Of a stretch of 64,000 nucleotides of DNA, positions 19,812-29,334 are shown piece by piece. Origin of the DNA: Geopsychrobacteraceae bacterium (GTDB taxonomy: Bacteria; Desulfobacterota; Desulfuromonadia; Desulfuromonadales; Geopsychrobacteraceae); assembly GCA_963662315.1 (NCBI GenBank), contig OY759353.1:4000001-4064000 (forward strand), in the 5' to 3' direction. Numbering within the stretch: position 1 is the stretch's first letter; each line of letters starts with the position of its first letter. The notes beneath the pieces were generated by a model, which saw nothing but the letters and a program-made list of their open reading frames with translations, was not told the DNA's origin and searched no databases. A program made the translations under genes and the position numbers.

Positions 19812-19831
19812 TTATCAAGGAGTAATTCCAG

Positions 19832-22516
19832 ATGACCGCTAAACATGATGAACGTTTGAATCAGCTTAATGAAATTGAAAATCAAGAATGGCGTGAATCT
19901 CTTGACTACGTTTTAAGAGAACAGGGTCCGGAACGGGTCCGACAGTTACTCAGGCAGTTGCAGATCAGAGCCCAGGAACAGGGTGTCAATATTCCGTTTA
20001 CTGCCAACACCCCTTATATAAATTCGATCCCTCATGACCAGCAGGCGGTTTTTCCCGGCAATCGTGAGCTGGAACGACGTATTAAATCGATTATCCGCTG
20101 GAATGCCATGGCTATGGTTGTCAGAGCCAACCGCGAATCTTCCGGTATTGGCGGTCATATTTCCACCTTTGCCTCGGTCGCGACATTATGGGAAATTGGG
20201 TTTAATCACTTTTGGCGAGGACGCACCGATGACTACCTCGGGGACATGGTCTATTTTCAGGGGCATGCTGCTCCGGGCGTTTATTCCCGCGCTTATCTTG
20301 AAGGGCGTTTGACAGAAGAAGATCTGGAGAATTTCCGCCGTGAGCTGAGCGGCGGAAAAGGTTTGTCGTCTTATCCGCATCCTTTTTTGATGCCGGAATT
20401 CTGGGAATTCCCGACCGTATCCATGGGTTTGACCGCCATCAGTGCTATTTACCAGGCGCGCTTCAACCACTACCTGGTTGATCGTGGATTGCGAAAATCG
20501 AGTGGTCGCAAAGTCTGGGCCATGCTGGGAGATGGTGAAATGGATGAGCCGGAATCTCTTGGCGCCATCACTCTGGCTTCACGAGAAAAGCTCGATAACC
20601 TGATCTTTGTTATTAACTGTAACCTGCAGCGTCTCGATGGACCGGTGCGTGGCAACGGCAAAGTTGTTCAGGAGCTGGAGGCGGCATTCCGTGGCGCGGG
20701 CTGGAATGTCATCAAGGTGCTCTGGAGCCATGATTGGGACCATCTACTGACTGCCGATAAGAGCGGCAAACTGGTGCAGCGCATGGACGAAGTGCTTGAT
20801 GGTGAAATGCAGCGTTATACTCCCAATAACGGGGCGCATATCCGCAAGGACTTCTTTGGAAAGTATCCGGAAACCCTGAAACTGGTTGAAGGTTACAGTG
20901 ATGAACAGCTTGGGGGGTTCAAACGTGGCGGGCACGACCCGGAAAAAGTTTACGCTGCCTATAAAGCGGCTGTAGAGCACAAAGGCTCGCCGACAGTGAT
21001 CCTGGCTCAGACCATTAAGGGTTACGGACTTGGAGAAGCAGGCGAAGGGAAAAACATTACTCACTCGCAGAAGAAGCTCAATGAAGCGGAACTGAAAGAG
21101 TTCCGGACCCGTTTTAATATTCCGATCAGCGATGAGGATATTGCCAAAGCTCCATTTTACAAGCCTGCTGAAGACAGCCCGGAGATGATTTATCTGCGTG
21201 AGCGTCGCAAAACGCTTGGCGGCAGCCTGCCGCGTCGTTTTGACGGCAGCCGTCCCATGGCCTGTCAGACCGATTGGCTGGTGCGTGAATATCTTGGCGG
21301 CTCGGGAGACCGTGAGCTGGCAACGACGATGGCTTTTGTCCATCTGCTGGCCAAACTGATCAAGGACGATGAAGTCGGTAAACTGATTGTCCCGATTGTT
21401 CCAGACGAAGCGCGCACTTTCGGTATGGAGTCGTTGTTCCGCCAGTCTGGTATTTACAGCCATGCCGGGCAGCTTTACGAACCGGTCGATAAGGGCAGCC
21501 TGCTGTTTTATAACGAAACAAAAACCGGGGCGATTCTGGAAGAGGGTTTAAGTGAAGCCGGATCAATGGCCAGCTTTATTGCCGCCGGGACCGCCTACTC
21601 AAATAATCAGGTTCAGACGATTCCGTTTTACGCCTTTTACTCCATGTTTGGCTTTCAGCGCGTTGGAGACCAGATCTGGCAGGCGTGTGACAGCAGGGCG
21701 CGAGGCTTCCTGATCGGGGCCACTGCCGGGCGCACCACCCTGGCGGGTGAAGGGTTGCAGCATCAGGATGGTCACAGTCACGTTTTGGCACTGACGCCAC
21801 CCAGAGTCAAAGCTTACGATCCGGCTTTTGCCTTTGAGCTGGCGCTGATCATTCAGGAAGGGCTGAACCGCATGTACTGTCATCAGGAGGATCTGATCTA
21901 TTACCTGACCGTCGGTAACGAGACTTACCGCATGCCGGCTATGCCGGAAGGTGCCAATGTTCGGGCCGGTGTACTGAAAGGGATGTACCGTTTCAGTCAG
22001 TCACCAAAGAAGAAGGGGCAGCAAAAAGTTCATCTGCTTGGTAGTGGTTCAATCCTCAACGAAGTCATCAAGGCGCAAGAACTGCTGACAGAGAAATACA
22101 ACGTTTCTGCCGATGTCTGGAGTGTGACCAGTTACAAGGAACTGTATCAGGATGCTGCAGAAGCTGAGCGCTGGAATCTGCTGCACCCCGACCAGGAACC
22201 GCGCAAACCTTATCTGCAGGAACTGCTGGAAAAAGAAGAAGGCATCTTTATTGCTGCTTCTGACTATATGAAGGTACTGCCAGCGACCATTTCGCAATGG
22301 TTACCAGGGCCAATTCACTGTCTTGGAACCGATGGCTTCGGTCGCAGCGACTCGCGCGAAGCGCTCCGTGATTTCTTTGAAGTCGACGCTCGTTATATCA
22401 CAGTGGCCGCCCTGTATCGTCTGGCCAAGGCTGGGTATGGCTCCTTGGACAATGTGGCCAAGGTGATTGACGAACTGGCGATTAACCCTGACAAACTGAA
22501 TCCGCACCAGGACTAA
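19832..22516 (+). CDS. aceE: Pyruvate dehydrogenase E1, homodimeric type
   Basis: GGHISTFAS, YFQGHAAPG, EFPTVSMG, GDGEMDE...NCNLQRLDGPV, GEGLQHQDG. Confidence 0.97.
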   Translation: MTAKHDERLNQLNEIENQEWRESLDYVLREQGPERVRQLLRQLQIRAQEQGVNIPFTANTPYINSIPHDQQAVFPGNRELERRIKSIIRWNAMAMVVRANRESSGIGGHISTFASVATLWEIGFNHFWRGRTDDYLGDMVYFQGHAAPGVYSRAYLEGRLTEEDLENFRRELSGGKGLSSYPHPFLMPEFWEFPTVSMGLTAISAIYQARFNHYLVDRGLRKSSGRKVWAMLGDGEMDEPESLGAITLASREKLDNLIFVINCNLQRLDGPVRGNGKVVQELEAAFRGAGWNVIKVLWSHDWDHLLTADKSGKLVQRMDEVLDGEMQRYTPNNGAHIRKDFFGKYPETLKLVEGYSDEQLGGFKRGGHDPEKVYAAYKAAVEHKGSPTVILAQTIKGYGLGEAGEGKNITHSQKKLNEAELKEFRTRFNIPISDEDIAKAPFYKPAEDSPEMIYLRERRKTLGGSLPRRFDGSRPMACQTDWLVREYLGGSGDRELATTMAFVHLLAKLIKDDEVGKLIVPIVPDEARTFGMESLFRQSGIYSHAGQLYEPVDKGSLLFYNETKTGAILEEGLSEAGSMASFIAAGTAYSNNQVQTIPFYAFYSMFGFQRVGDQIWQACDSRARGFLIGATAGRTTLAGEGLQHQDGHSHVLALTPPRVKAYDPAFAFELALIIQEGLNRMYCHQEDLIYYLTVGNETYRMPAMPEGANVRAGVLKGMYRFSQSPKKKGQQKVHLLGSGSILNEVIKAQELLTEKYNVSADVWSVTSYKELYQDAAEAERWNLLHPDQEPRKPYLQELLEKEEGIFIAASDYMKVLPATISQWLPGPIHCLGTDGFGRSDSREALRDFFEVDARYITVAALYRLAKAGYGSLDNVAKVIDELAINPDKLNPHQD

Positions 22517-22533
22517 GAGTAGAGGATTGATAT

Positions 22534-23892
22534 ATGTCTATAGAAGTTGTTGTCCCGGAAGTATCCGACGGAGTGAAATCCGGAACCGTCATCTCGGTTC
22601 TTGTATCTGTTGGGGACGCGGTTGAAGAAGATCAGTCCCTGATTGAGTTTGAAACTGATAAAGCCGTGGTCGCCATTCCGTCACCGCAGGCCGGTGTTGT
22701 GAAAGAACTCAAGGTCGAAGAAGGGGATACGGCTGCCGTTGGCGAGGTGATTGCCGTGCTCGAAGCAGCTGAAAGTTCGGTAACGCTTCAAGCGGCCAAA
22801 GAACCAGAACCAGAGCCGGAGCCAGCGCAGGCTCAGGATGTTGCAGCAGTGTCTCCGGCAGAGAAAGAAGCTCCAGCACCTGAAGCCCCAGCCGTACAGG
22901 CAGCCGCTTTGGAACCGTTACCGAACAGTGCCCCTGCGGTTGATCTGACCAGTGTTCGGCGTGATGACGTTGTCGCACCGGCAGCGCCTTCAGTGCGGCG
23001 TATTGCCCGTGATCTTGGTGTCGATATTTACCAGGTTCAGGGCAGTGGTCCCGCAGGGCGTATCAGCGAAGAGGATGTGCGCCTGTTTGTCAAACGGGCG
23101 ATGCAGGAATTGCAGGGGGGCAAGGTCAATGCGGTTGCTGCTGCCGAGTTCCGGGGGCTGCACGCCCAGCGGACCTTACCTGATTTCAGCAAGTGGGGGA
23201 CCGTGACTCGGGAACCTCTGTCACGGGTGCGTGAGGTGACGGCAGATGCCATGGGCTACGCCTGGTCGACCATCCCGATGGTGACCCAATATGACAAAGC
23301 GTGCATTGACAGCCTTGAAGCGTTTCGCAAAGCGTACAATAGCGGTAAATCTATCTCTGTTAAGCTGACCATGACGGCGATTCTGGCCAAGGTATGTGCG
23401 GCGGCACTGAAGGCCTTTCCACAATTTAACAGCAGCCTGGATCTGGCCGCCAAAGAATTGGTGCTGAAAGATTACATCAATATCGGGGTGGCGGTTGATA
23501 CCCCGAATGGTCTGCTGGTGCCGGTTATTCAGGATGTCGCCGGCAAAGGGATTGAGACTATCGCCGCAGACCTGGCGACACTGGCGGAAAAGACCCGTGA
23601 GCGCAAGGTCTCCCCGGCCGAACTTGAGGGGGGCACCTTTACCATCAGCAATTTGGGCGGCATCGGTGGAACCTCCTTTACCCCTATTGTCTATGCGCCA
23701 CAGGTTGCGATTCTGGGTGTTTCGACCTCCGCTGTTGAACCGGTCTGGAATGGCAAGGAGTTCGAGCCTAAATTGATGATGCCGCTATCGCTGACCTATG
23801 ACCATCGTGTCATCGATGGTGCTGATGGTGCGCGCTTCCTGCGTTTTATCTGTGAAGGGCTTGAAGAGCCTATCAAGCTGATGATGAAGTAG
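22534..23892 (+). CDS. aceF: Dihydrolipoamide acetyltransferase E2 with a single lipoyl domain
   Basis: ETDKAVV lipoyl site, APSVRRIAR...GSGPAGRI binding domain, YDHRVIDGADGARF. Confidence 0.95.
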   Translation: MSIEVVVPEVSDGVKSGTVISVLVSVGDAVEEDQSLIEFETDKAVVAIPSPQAGVVKELKVEEGDTAAVGEVIAVLEAAESSVTLQAAKEPEPEPEPAQAQDVAAVSPAEKEAPAPEAPAVQAAALEPLPNSAPAVDLTSVRRDDVVAPAAPSVRRIARDLGVDIYQVQGSGPAGRISEEDVRLFVKRAMQELQGGKVNAVAAAEFRGLHAQRTLPDFSKWGTVTREPLSRVREVTADAMGYAWSTIPMVTQYDKACIDSLEAFRKAYNSGKSISVKLTMTAILAKVCAAALKAFPQFNSSLDLAAKELVLKDYINIGVAVDTPNGLLVPVIQDVAGKGIETIAADLATLAEKTRERKVSPAELEGGTFTISNLGGIGGTSFTPIVYAPQVAILGVSTSAVEPVWNGKEFEPKLMMPLSLTYDHRVIDGADGARFLRFICEGLEEPIKLMMK

Positions 23893-23935
23893 GGAATTGC
23901 TGGAGATACGCGCAGAACGCTTGCTGTACTTCGCG

Positions 23936-23970
23936 ATTTCAAATTTGAAATTTCAGATCTCATATTTTAG
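23936..23970 (+). repeat. Degenerate tandem heptamer repeat (5 x ATYTSAR-like)
   Basis: ATTTCAA ATTTGAA ATTTCAG ATCTCAT ATTTTAG in the aceF-lpdA spacer. Confidence 0.55.
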
Positions 23971-24028
23971 GGGGCGTTGACAGGTAGCGCTGTTCCCTCT
24001 AAATGAAATTAAAGAAATGGGGAATTTT

Positions 24029-25762
24029 ATGTCTCTTGAAGTTATTGTTCCGGAAGTTTCCGATGGCGTGACGTCGGGAACGGTTATTTCGGTTCTGGTT
24101 GCCGTTGGCGATCGTGTCGAAGAGGATCAGTCTCTGATCGAATTTGAGACCGATAAAGCGGTTGTCGCTATTCCTTCGCCACAGGCCGGAGTGGTGAAGG
24201 AGTTGAAGGTTGCTGAAGGGGATACCGCAGCCGTGGGAGCGGTTATTGCGGTACTTGACGCTGGCGGAGAGCAATTTGCGGAAGCATCAGTGCCTCCTGC
24301 CGCAGAACCGTCTCCTTCAGAACCCTCAAGCGCAGAGGTCAAGACCGCCGAAGCTCCTGTAACAACCCCTCTGACCGATGCTGATGCCGAGATGGTGGTC
24401 ATTGGGGCTGGCCCAGGTGGTTATGCCGCTGCGTTTAAAGCGGTTGAACTGGGTTTGCAGGTGACTCTGATCGATCCCGAAGAAAATCCGGGTGGTGTTT
24501 GTTTGCACCGTGGCTGCATTCCATCCAAGGCATTGCTGCACGTCGCCAAACTGGTATCCGAGGCCGAAGAGTCGAACGAAATTGGTGTCTCTTTTGCGAA
24601 GCCGAAGATCGATATCGATCGGGTTCGTGCATGGAAGAATGAGGTGGTCGGCAAGCTGACCGGTGGTCTGGGGAGCAAGGTCAAGCAGAAGCAGGTTACC
24701 TATATTCAAGGGACGGCCAAGTTTAAAAATGCGACAACTCTGGAAGTGACCAGCATTGGGGGAGAAACCCGTGAGCTGACCTTTAAACAGGCGATTCTGG
24801 CCACCGGTTCCCGGCCGATCATGCTGCCGGGTATAGACCCTGACAGTTCCCGCATTATCGATTCAACCGGTGCTCTGGAGCTGGCGGATGTACCGAAATC
24901 CCTGCTGGTGGTCGGGGGTGGGTATATTGGCCTTGAGCTCGGTTCCGCTTATGCTGCCATGGGGAGCAAGGTGTCCGTGGTCGAGATGACAGATAGTTTG
25001 TTGTCCGGTTGTGATCGCGATCTGGTGTCGGTACTCAAACGGCGTCTGGATAAGAAGTTTGAGGATATTTTTCTGAAGACCAAGGTGGTGGAGCTCAAAG
25101 AACAGAAAAATGGGGTGGCCGTTACTCTGGAGGACAAAAATGGGGAAACCATCAACAAGCGGTTCGATAAGGTTCTTATTTCCATCGGGCGGCGACCGAA
25201 TACTGAAACTCTTGGTCTTGAGAATACTGCCATTCAGCTGACGGAGAAAAAGTTCATCAAGGTTGATGGGCAGCAGCGGACCGCTGAGCCGCATATTTTC
25301 GCCATCGGCGATATTGCCGGAGAGCCGATGCTCGCTCACAAGGCTTATGGCGAAGCCAATGTTGCCGCGGAAGTTGCCGCCGGGCATAAAGCGGTTTTTG
25401 ATCCGCGGGCGATTCCTGCGGTGGTCTTTACCGATCCTGAAATTGCCTGGTGCGGTCTTACTGAAACAGCGGCGCGTGAGCAGAAGATCAAAGTCAGAAC
25501 GGCTAAAATGCCATGGCGTGGCAATGGCCGGACGTTGACGCTGGGGCGTGATGATGGTATCACGAAACTGATTGTCGATGCCGAAACTGATCGGGTTCTG
25601 GGGGAGGCTGTCGCGGGCCCCGGTGCTGGTGAACTGATTGCGGAAGGGGTTGTTGCAATAGAGATGGCGGCAGTTGCTGAAGATTTGCGTAAGTCGATCC
25701 ATCCGCATCCGACTTTATCAGAAACCATCTATGAAGCGGCTGAAATGCTGTTTAAACCCTGA
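24029..25762 (+). CDS. lpdA: Dihydrolipoamide dehydrogenase E3 with N-terminal lipoyl domain
   Basis: ETDKAVV lipoyl domain, GAGPGG, GGVCLHRGCIPSK, GGGYIGLE, HPHPTLSE. Confidence 0.96.
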   Translation: MSLEVIVPEVSDGVTSGTVISVLVAVGDRVEEDQSLIEFETDKAVVAIPSPQAGVVKELKVAEGDTAAVGAVIAVLDAGGEQFAEASVPPAAEPSPSEPSSAEVKTAEAPVTTPLTDADAEMVVIGAGPGGYAAAFKAVELGLQVTLIDPEENPGGVCLHRGCIPSKALLHVAKLVSEAEESNEIGVSFAKPKIDIDRVRAWKNEVVGKLTGGLGSKVKQKQVTYIQGTAKFKNATTLEVTSIGGETRELTFKQAILATGSRPIMLPGIDPDSSRIIDSTGALELADVPKSLLVVGGGYIGLELGSAYAAMGSKVSVVEMTDSLLSGCDRDLVSVLKRRLDKKFEDIFLKTKVVELKEQKNGVAVTLEDKNGETINKRFDKVLISIGRRPNTETLGLENTAIQLTEKKFIKVDGQQRTAEPHIFAIGDIAGEPMLAHKAYGEANVAAEVAAGHKAVFDPRAIPAVVFTDPEIAWCGLTETAAREQKIKVRTAKMPWRGNGRTLTLGRDDGITKLIVDAETDRVLGEAVAGPGAGELIAEGVVAIEMAAVAEDLRKSIHPHPTLSETIYEAAEMLFKP

Positions 25763-25788
25763 TTAAAAAGAATTTTTTGCATCTGCCG

Positions 25789-25821
25789 AATCCCGGTCTG
25801 CATATCAGGCCGGGATTTTTT
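25789..25821 (+). terminator. Intrinsic terminator of aceE-aceF-lpdA
   Basis: AATCCCGGTCTG-loop-CAGGCCGGGATT followed by a T-run. Confidence 0.85.
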
Positions 25822-26088
25822 GTTGGCAATGTTGCCCGACTTCAATGGTGTCGCAACGTCTCAAACCGAATGCTGACACTTTTCTGTTGTAACCAGGACG
25901 CGGGCTGATGTTATTGTTGGTGGGTAAAATATATGCAAATCTGCTAGTTTGATTTGTTGATTATGTAGGCTTATCCTTGCCAGCCTGAGGGGGGGCAGGA
26001 GCACTGTAGCCGATTACGGCACATAGCAGGTTGACGGGTCTGATTCTCTGTCAGGTCAAACAGGTCAACCCAGTGAGGAGCTTTATCT

Positions 26089-27162
26089 GTGGCATCTTTG
26101 GATTTTGAACTTGAAAAACAGAGTTTTCGCACTTTCTATGACAGTAATCGGGTCATTCTGGAAGAGGCTAAGAACGCCTGTATCAGCGCTGTTGTTCTGC
26201 TGCTGAAACAGTTTGATATCGGTGAAATCACCAAGGTTGAAGGGCGGGTAAAAAAGCGCGAAGAGTGTATTAAAAAATTTCAGCGCAAATATCAGAATCG
26301 TTTGGAAAACGACGAACAGCCTTACGAAATAAAAGATTATCTGTCTGACCTGATTGGCATTCGGGTCGTCTGTATCTATGAGGATCAGATCTCCAGAATT
26401 GCCGACATTCTAAGCAGTCAGTTCGATATTCTTAATATTACGGATAGAATTTCAGTGCAGGAAAAGACGCCGGATATGTTCGGTTACAAAGGTCTGCACA
26501 TGGATATCGAATATAACGATAAAATCAACGCTGCCGCTGCTGAACATCAGGTGCTGTTCGGGATTAAATTCGAGGTTCAGATCCGCTCTCTGATTCAGGA
26601 TGCCTGGAGTGTCCTTGATCATAAAATTAAATATAAAAAGTCGATCCCGGCGGATTTGAAACGGCGCATTAACGTTCTGGCGGCCCTGTTTGAACTGGCG
26701 GATCGGGAATTTATAGAAATCCGCAATGCTACCAGCGCTTTGCTTAAACAGGAAACCGAGATTCCTTTTGTCGATACTGCGGATAATAACGCGACTGATG
26801 CGAAACTGGTGTCTGCGGTTACCGGCAAGCAGATTAACGCTTTTAACTTTTTACGGGTCGCAAGCCACTTTTTTAAGGATTTTGAATTCAAAGATTATAA
26901 GGTTGATAACTTTGTTCAGGAGATCCTGCGTCTGGATAACAATTTTAGCCGTGCTGACCTGCATCAGGGCCTGGTCGATCACATAAAAAAGGTCAAAGAG
27001 TATCGTGAAGAGTTTCTGATGCGTAATCCGGAACACTCCTTTGGACCTTATACGACGATTCGTCACTGCCTTTATCTGCACGATAAAGAACGGCTGGACC
27101 GGATTTTGTCGCGTGGGCCAAGGGAAAGGTTTGACAGTTGGCTTGCCGGGGGAAGTTTATAG
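26089..27162 (+). CDS. RelA/SpoT-domain protein (small alarmone synthetase-like) with C-terminal extension
   Basis: GRVKK..CIKK, DLIGIRVV, GYKGLH, FEVQIRS..QDAW...DHKIKYK; no HD, TGS or ACT domain; GTG after GAGGAG. Confidence 0.88.
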   Translation: MASLDFELEKQSFRTFYDSNRVILEEAKNACISAVVLLLKQFDIGEITKVEGRVKKREECIKKFQRKYQNRLENDEQPYEIKDYLSDLIGIRVVCIYEDQISRIADILSSQFDILNITDRISVQEKTPDMFGYKGLHMDIEYNDKINAAAAEHQVLFGIKFEVQIRSLIQDAWSVLDHKIKYKKSIPADLKRRINVLAALFELADREFIEIRNATSALLKQETEIPFVDTADNNATDAKLVSAVTGKQINAFNFLRVASHFFKDFEFKDYKVDNFVQEILRLDNNFSRADLHQGLVDHIKKVKEYREEFLMRNPEHSFGPYTTIRHCLYLHDKERLDRILSRGPRERFDSWLAGGSL

Positions 27163-27167
27163 CGGGG

Positions 27168-27209
27168 CACGCCGGGACCATCAAGCAATTCTGTGTTGTT
27201 CCCGGCGTG
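27168..27209. terminator. Hairpin between the convergent synthetase and MCP genes
   Basis: CACGCCGGGA...TCCCGGCGTG inverted repeat. Confidence 0.5.
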
Positions 27210-27223
27210 TTGGAATAAACGGT

Positions 27224-29212
27224 TTACTTAGGCCATCCGCCGCCTAACTGCTTAGGTTGACGACGCTGTGCCGGTGGCTGTAGATGCGTTCCTGCTGCCA
27301 GTGAAAAGTGGGACAGCATATGTTTAAGGTGGGCCGATTGTCCTGCCAACTCTTCTGCTGCTGCTGCCGATTCTTCAGCGGTTGCCGTATTCTGCTGGAC
27401 CGCCTGGTCAATTTGGCTCAGGCCAAGGTTAATCTGGGTAATCCCCTGGGCCTGTTCACTGTTTGACGTGGCAATTTCACTGACAATATCAGTAACTTTA
27501 CTGATGATTTCAACGATCTTTTCCAGCGCTCCCGACGTTTGCTCGGCAATCTGAGTCCCTGTCGAGGTTTTTTCAACCGAGTTTGTGATCAGATCGGCAG
27601 TTTCTCTGGCCGCTTTGGCACTGCGTGCAGCAAGATTGCGAACTTCTTCCGCGACGACCGCAAAGCCTTTGCCATGTTGTCCCGCCCGCGCTGCTTCGAC
27701 AGCAGCATTCAGGGCTAACAGATTGGTCTGGAAGGCAATTTCATCAATGACTTTAATAATCTTGCTGATGCTCTGGCTGGCTTCATCGATATCGGCCATG
27801 GCTCCGATCATGGATACCATTTTCTCGTTCCCCGCCGCCGCCGCCGCAGTCGCTTCCTGAGCCAAACTTCTGGCTTGAGTCGCACTTTGGGCACTGGCGT
27901 TGGCCTGGCTTGCCACCTGGTTAATGGAGGCACTGATTTCTTCGAGGGATGCTGCGCTTTGTGTCGTTCCTTGCGACAGTGTCTGGCTGGAATCGGAAAC
28001 CTGAGAACTGGCGATATCGATCTGGTTCCCTGCCGCCTGAATTTCGGTAACGATTTTACGCAAATCTGAACCCAGCTTGTTTAATGCTCCTCTGATCTGA
28101 TCATCTTTGCTGCGGGGAATGACCTCGAAATCAAGATCGCCATCGGCAAGCTTCTGCAGATTGTCGACCATTTCTGATTGCAAATTATCCGCAAAGTCAT
28201 TCATCGTCTTGGCCAGGGCGCCGATTTCATCCTGGCGCTTTAGGTTCAGTCGGGTCGTGAGCTTACCATGCTCCAGATCCTCAATCATCTTGACCGTCTG
28301 GCTGATCGGCTGTGCAATGCTGCGGCCGATAAAGTACGCGACGATGATGCTGACAGTGACAAAAACAATAGCCAGAGCGGACATCAGGTAGATGAGTTTC
28401 CACACGGGAGCATAGATTTCGCTATTCGGGCTGATGACCAGAAGTTTCCACCCGCTTTCCTTAACCTCGGAAAAAGACATCATGCTGGCAACATCGCTGA
28501 TGTCAGTGTTGATTATCCCTGAGTTCTGCTTGGCCATGCTACTGAGTGCAGTGGCCAGGTCTGTGGGTAAAGGTTTATTGACCAGCTCTTTATCCGGATG
28601 AACGATGATCGATCCGTCCTGGTGGGCCAGCACGGCATAGCCCTGAGAGCTGGCTTTGGTGCTGAGAACGGTATCAACGATGAAGGTCAGGAAAATGTCG
28701 GCACTGACAGCGCCTATTTTTTTACCGTTTTTGAATACCGGGGCCGCAAATGAAATAACCATCTTGCCGGTATTGGCGTCAATATATGGTTTAGTCAGAA
28801 TCGCCTGTCCTTGCGTAGCGGCAGCCTTATACCAAGGTCGACTGCGTGGATCATAATCTTTGGGGGGAATCCAACCGCTTGAATCAAGAAAGCTGCCGTC
28901 GTGATCGTATCCAATATAAGCTTCGACAAAATCACCACCCATGGCGGTCGCTGATAGAATTTGCAGGGTTTCTTTAGCGGCTTCCAGATCGAGTTTTGAG
29001 ATCTCTTCAGCTGTTGCCAACAACATGTTTTTACGTACTGCAACCCATTGGTTGAAGGTTTCGCTCGTTTGTGTCACCAGACCCAACTGACTGTTCATAA
29101 TCTGGTCGGTCATCATGCGTTTGCTGTTCACATTGACCAGCAACGCAAATATCAGCATACAGAGTAGAAAGGTGCCCCCGGTCATCGCAATAATTTTGTT
29201 CTTAAGCTTCAT
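27224..29212 (-). CDS. Methyl-accepting chemotaxis protein with dCache sensor
   Basis: TM, dCache (YDPRSRPWY...PYID), TM, HAMP (DEIGAL), [20 protein letters not shown]. Confidence 0.95.
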   Translation of the reverse strand: MKLKNKIIAMTGGTFLLCMLIFALLVNVNSKRMMTDQIMNSQLGLVTQTSETFNQWVAVRKNMLLATAEEISKLDLEAAKETLQILSATAMGGDFVEAYIGYDHDGSFLDSSGWIPPKDYDPRSRPWYKAAATQGQAILTKPYIDANTGKMVISFAAPVFKNGKKIGAVSADIFLTFIVDTVLSTKASSQGYAVLAHQDGSIIVHPDKELVNKPLPTDLATALSSMAKQNSGIINTDISDVASMMSFSEVKESGWKLLVISPNSEIYAPVWKLIYLMSALAIVFVTVSIIVAYFIGRSIAQPISQTVKMIEDLEHGKLTTRLNLKRQDEIGALAKTMNDFADNLQSEMVDNLQKLADGDLDFEVIPRSKDDQIRGALNKLGSDLRKIVTEIQAAGNQIDIASSQVSDSSQTLSQGTTQSAASLEEISASINQVASQANASAQSATQARSLAQEATAAAAAGNEKMVSMIGAMADIDEASQSISKIIKVIDEIAFQTNLLALNAAVEAARAGQHGKGFAVVAEEVRNLAARSAKAARETADLITNSVEKTSTGTQIAEQTSGALEKIVEIISKVTDIVSEIATSNSEQAQGITQINLGLSQIDQAVQQNTATAEESAAAAEELAGQSAHLKHMLSHFSLAAGTHLQPPAQRRQPKQLGGGWPK

Positions 29213-29334
29213 ACGCTCCTCAGTCTCTCACGAAATAATCTTCTACAGGAGTAGTAACAGTAGAACGTTAATTATTGTTAATTTTGAAGCTATGGCAAGA
29301 AAAAATTTTGGAAAAATTAATTTTTAGCAAAACG

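Noticed and set aside
20744..25708. Long antisense ORFs (239 and 281 aa) opposite aceE and lpdA
   Set aside because: Typical shadow frames of highly codon-biased genes; no motifs.
25822..26088. Antitoxin ORF or riboswitch upstream of the RelA/SpoT-domain gene
   Set aside because: Only very short ORFs and no recognisable aptamer consensus.
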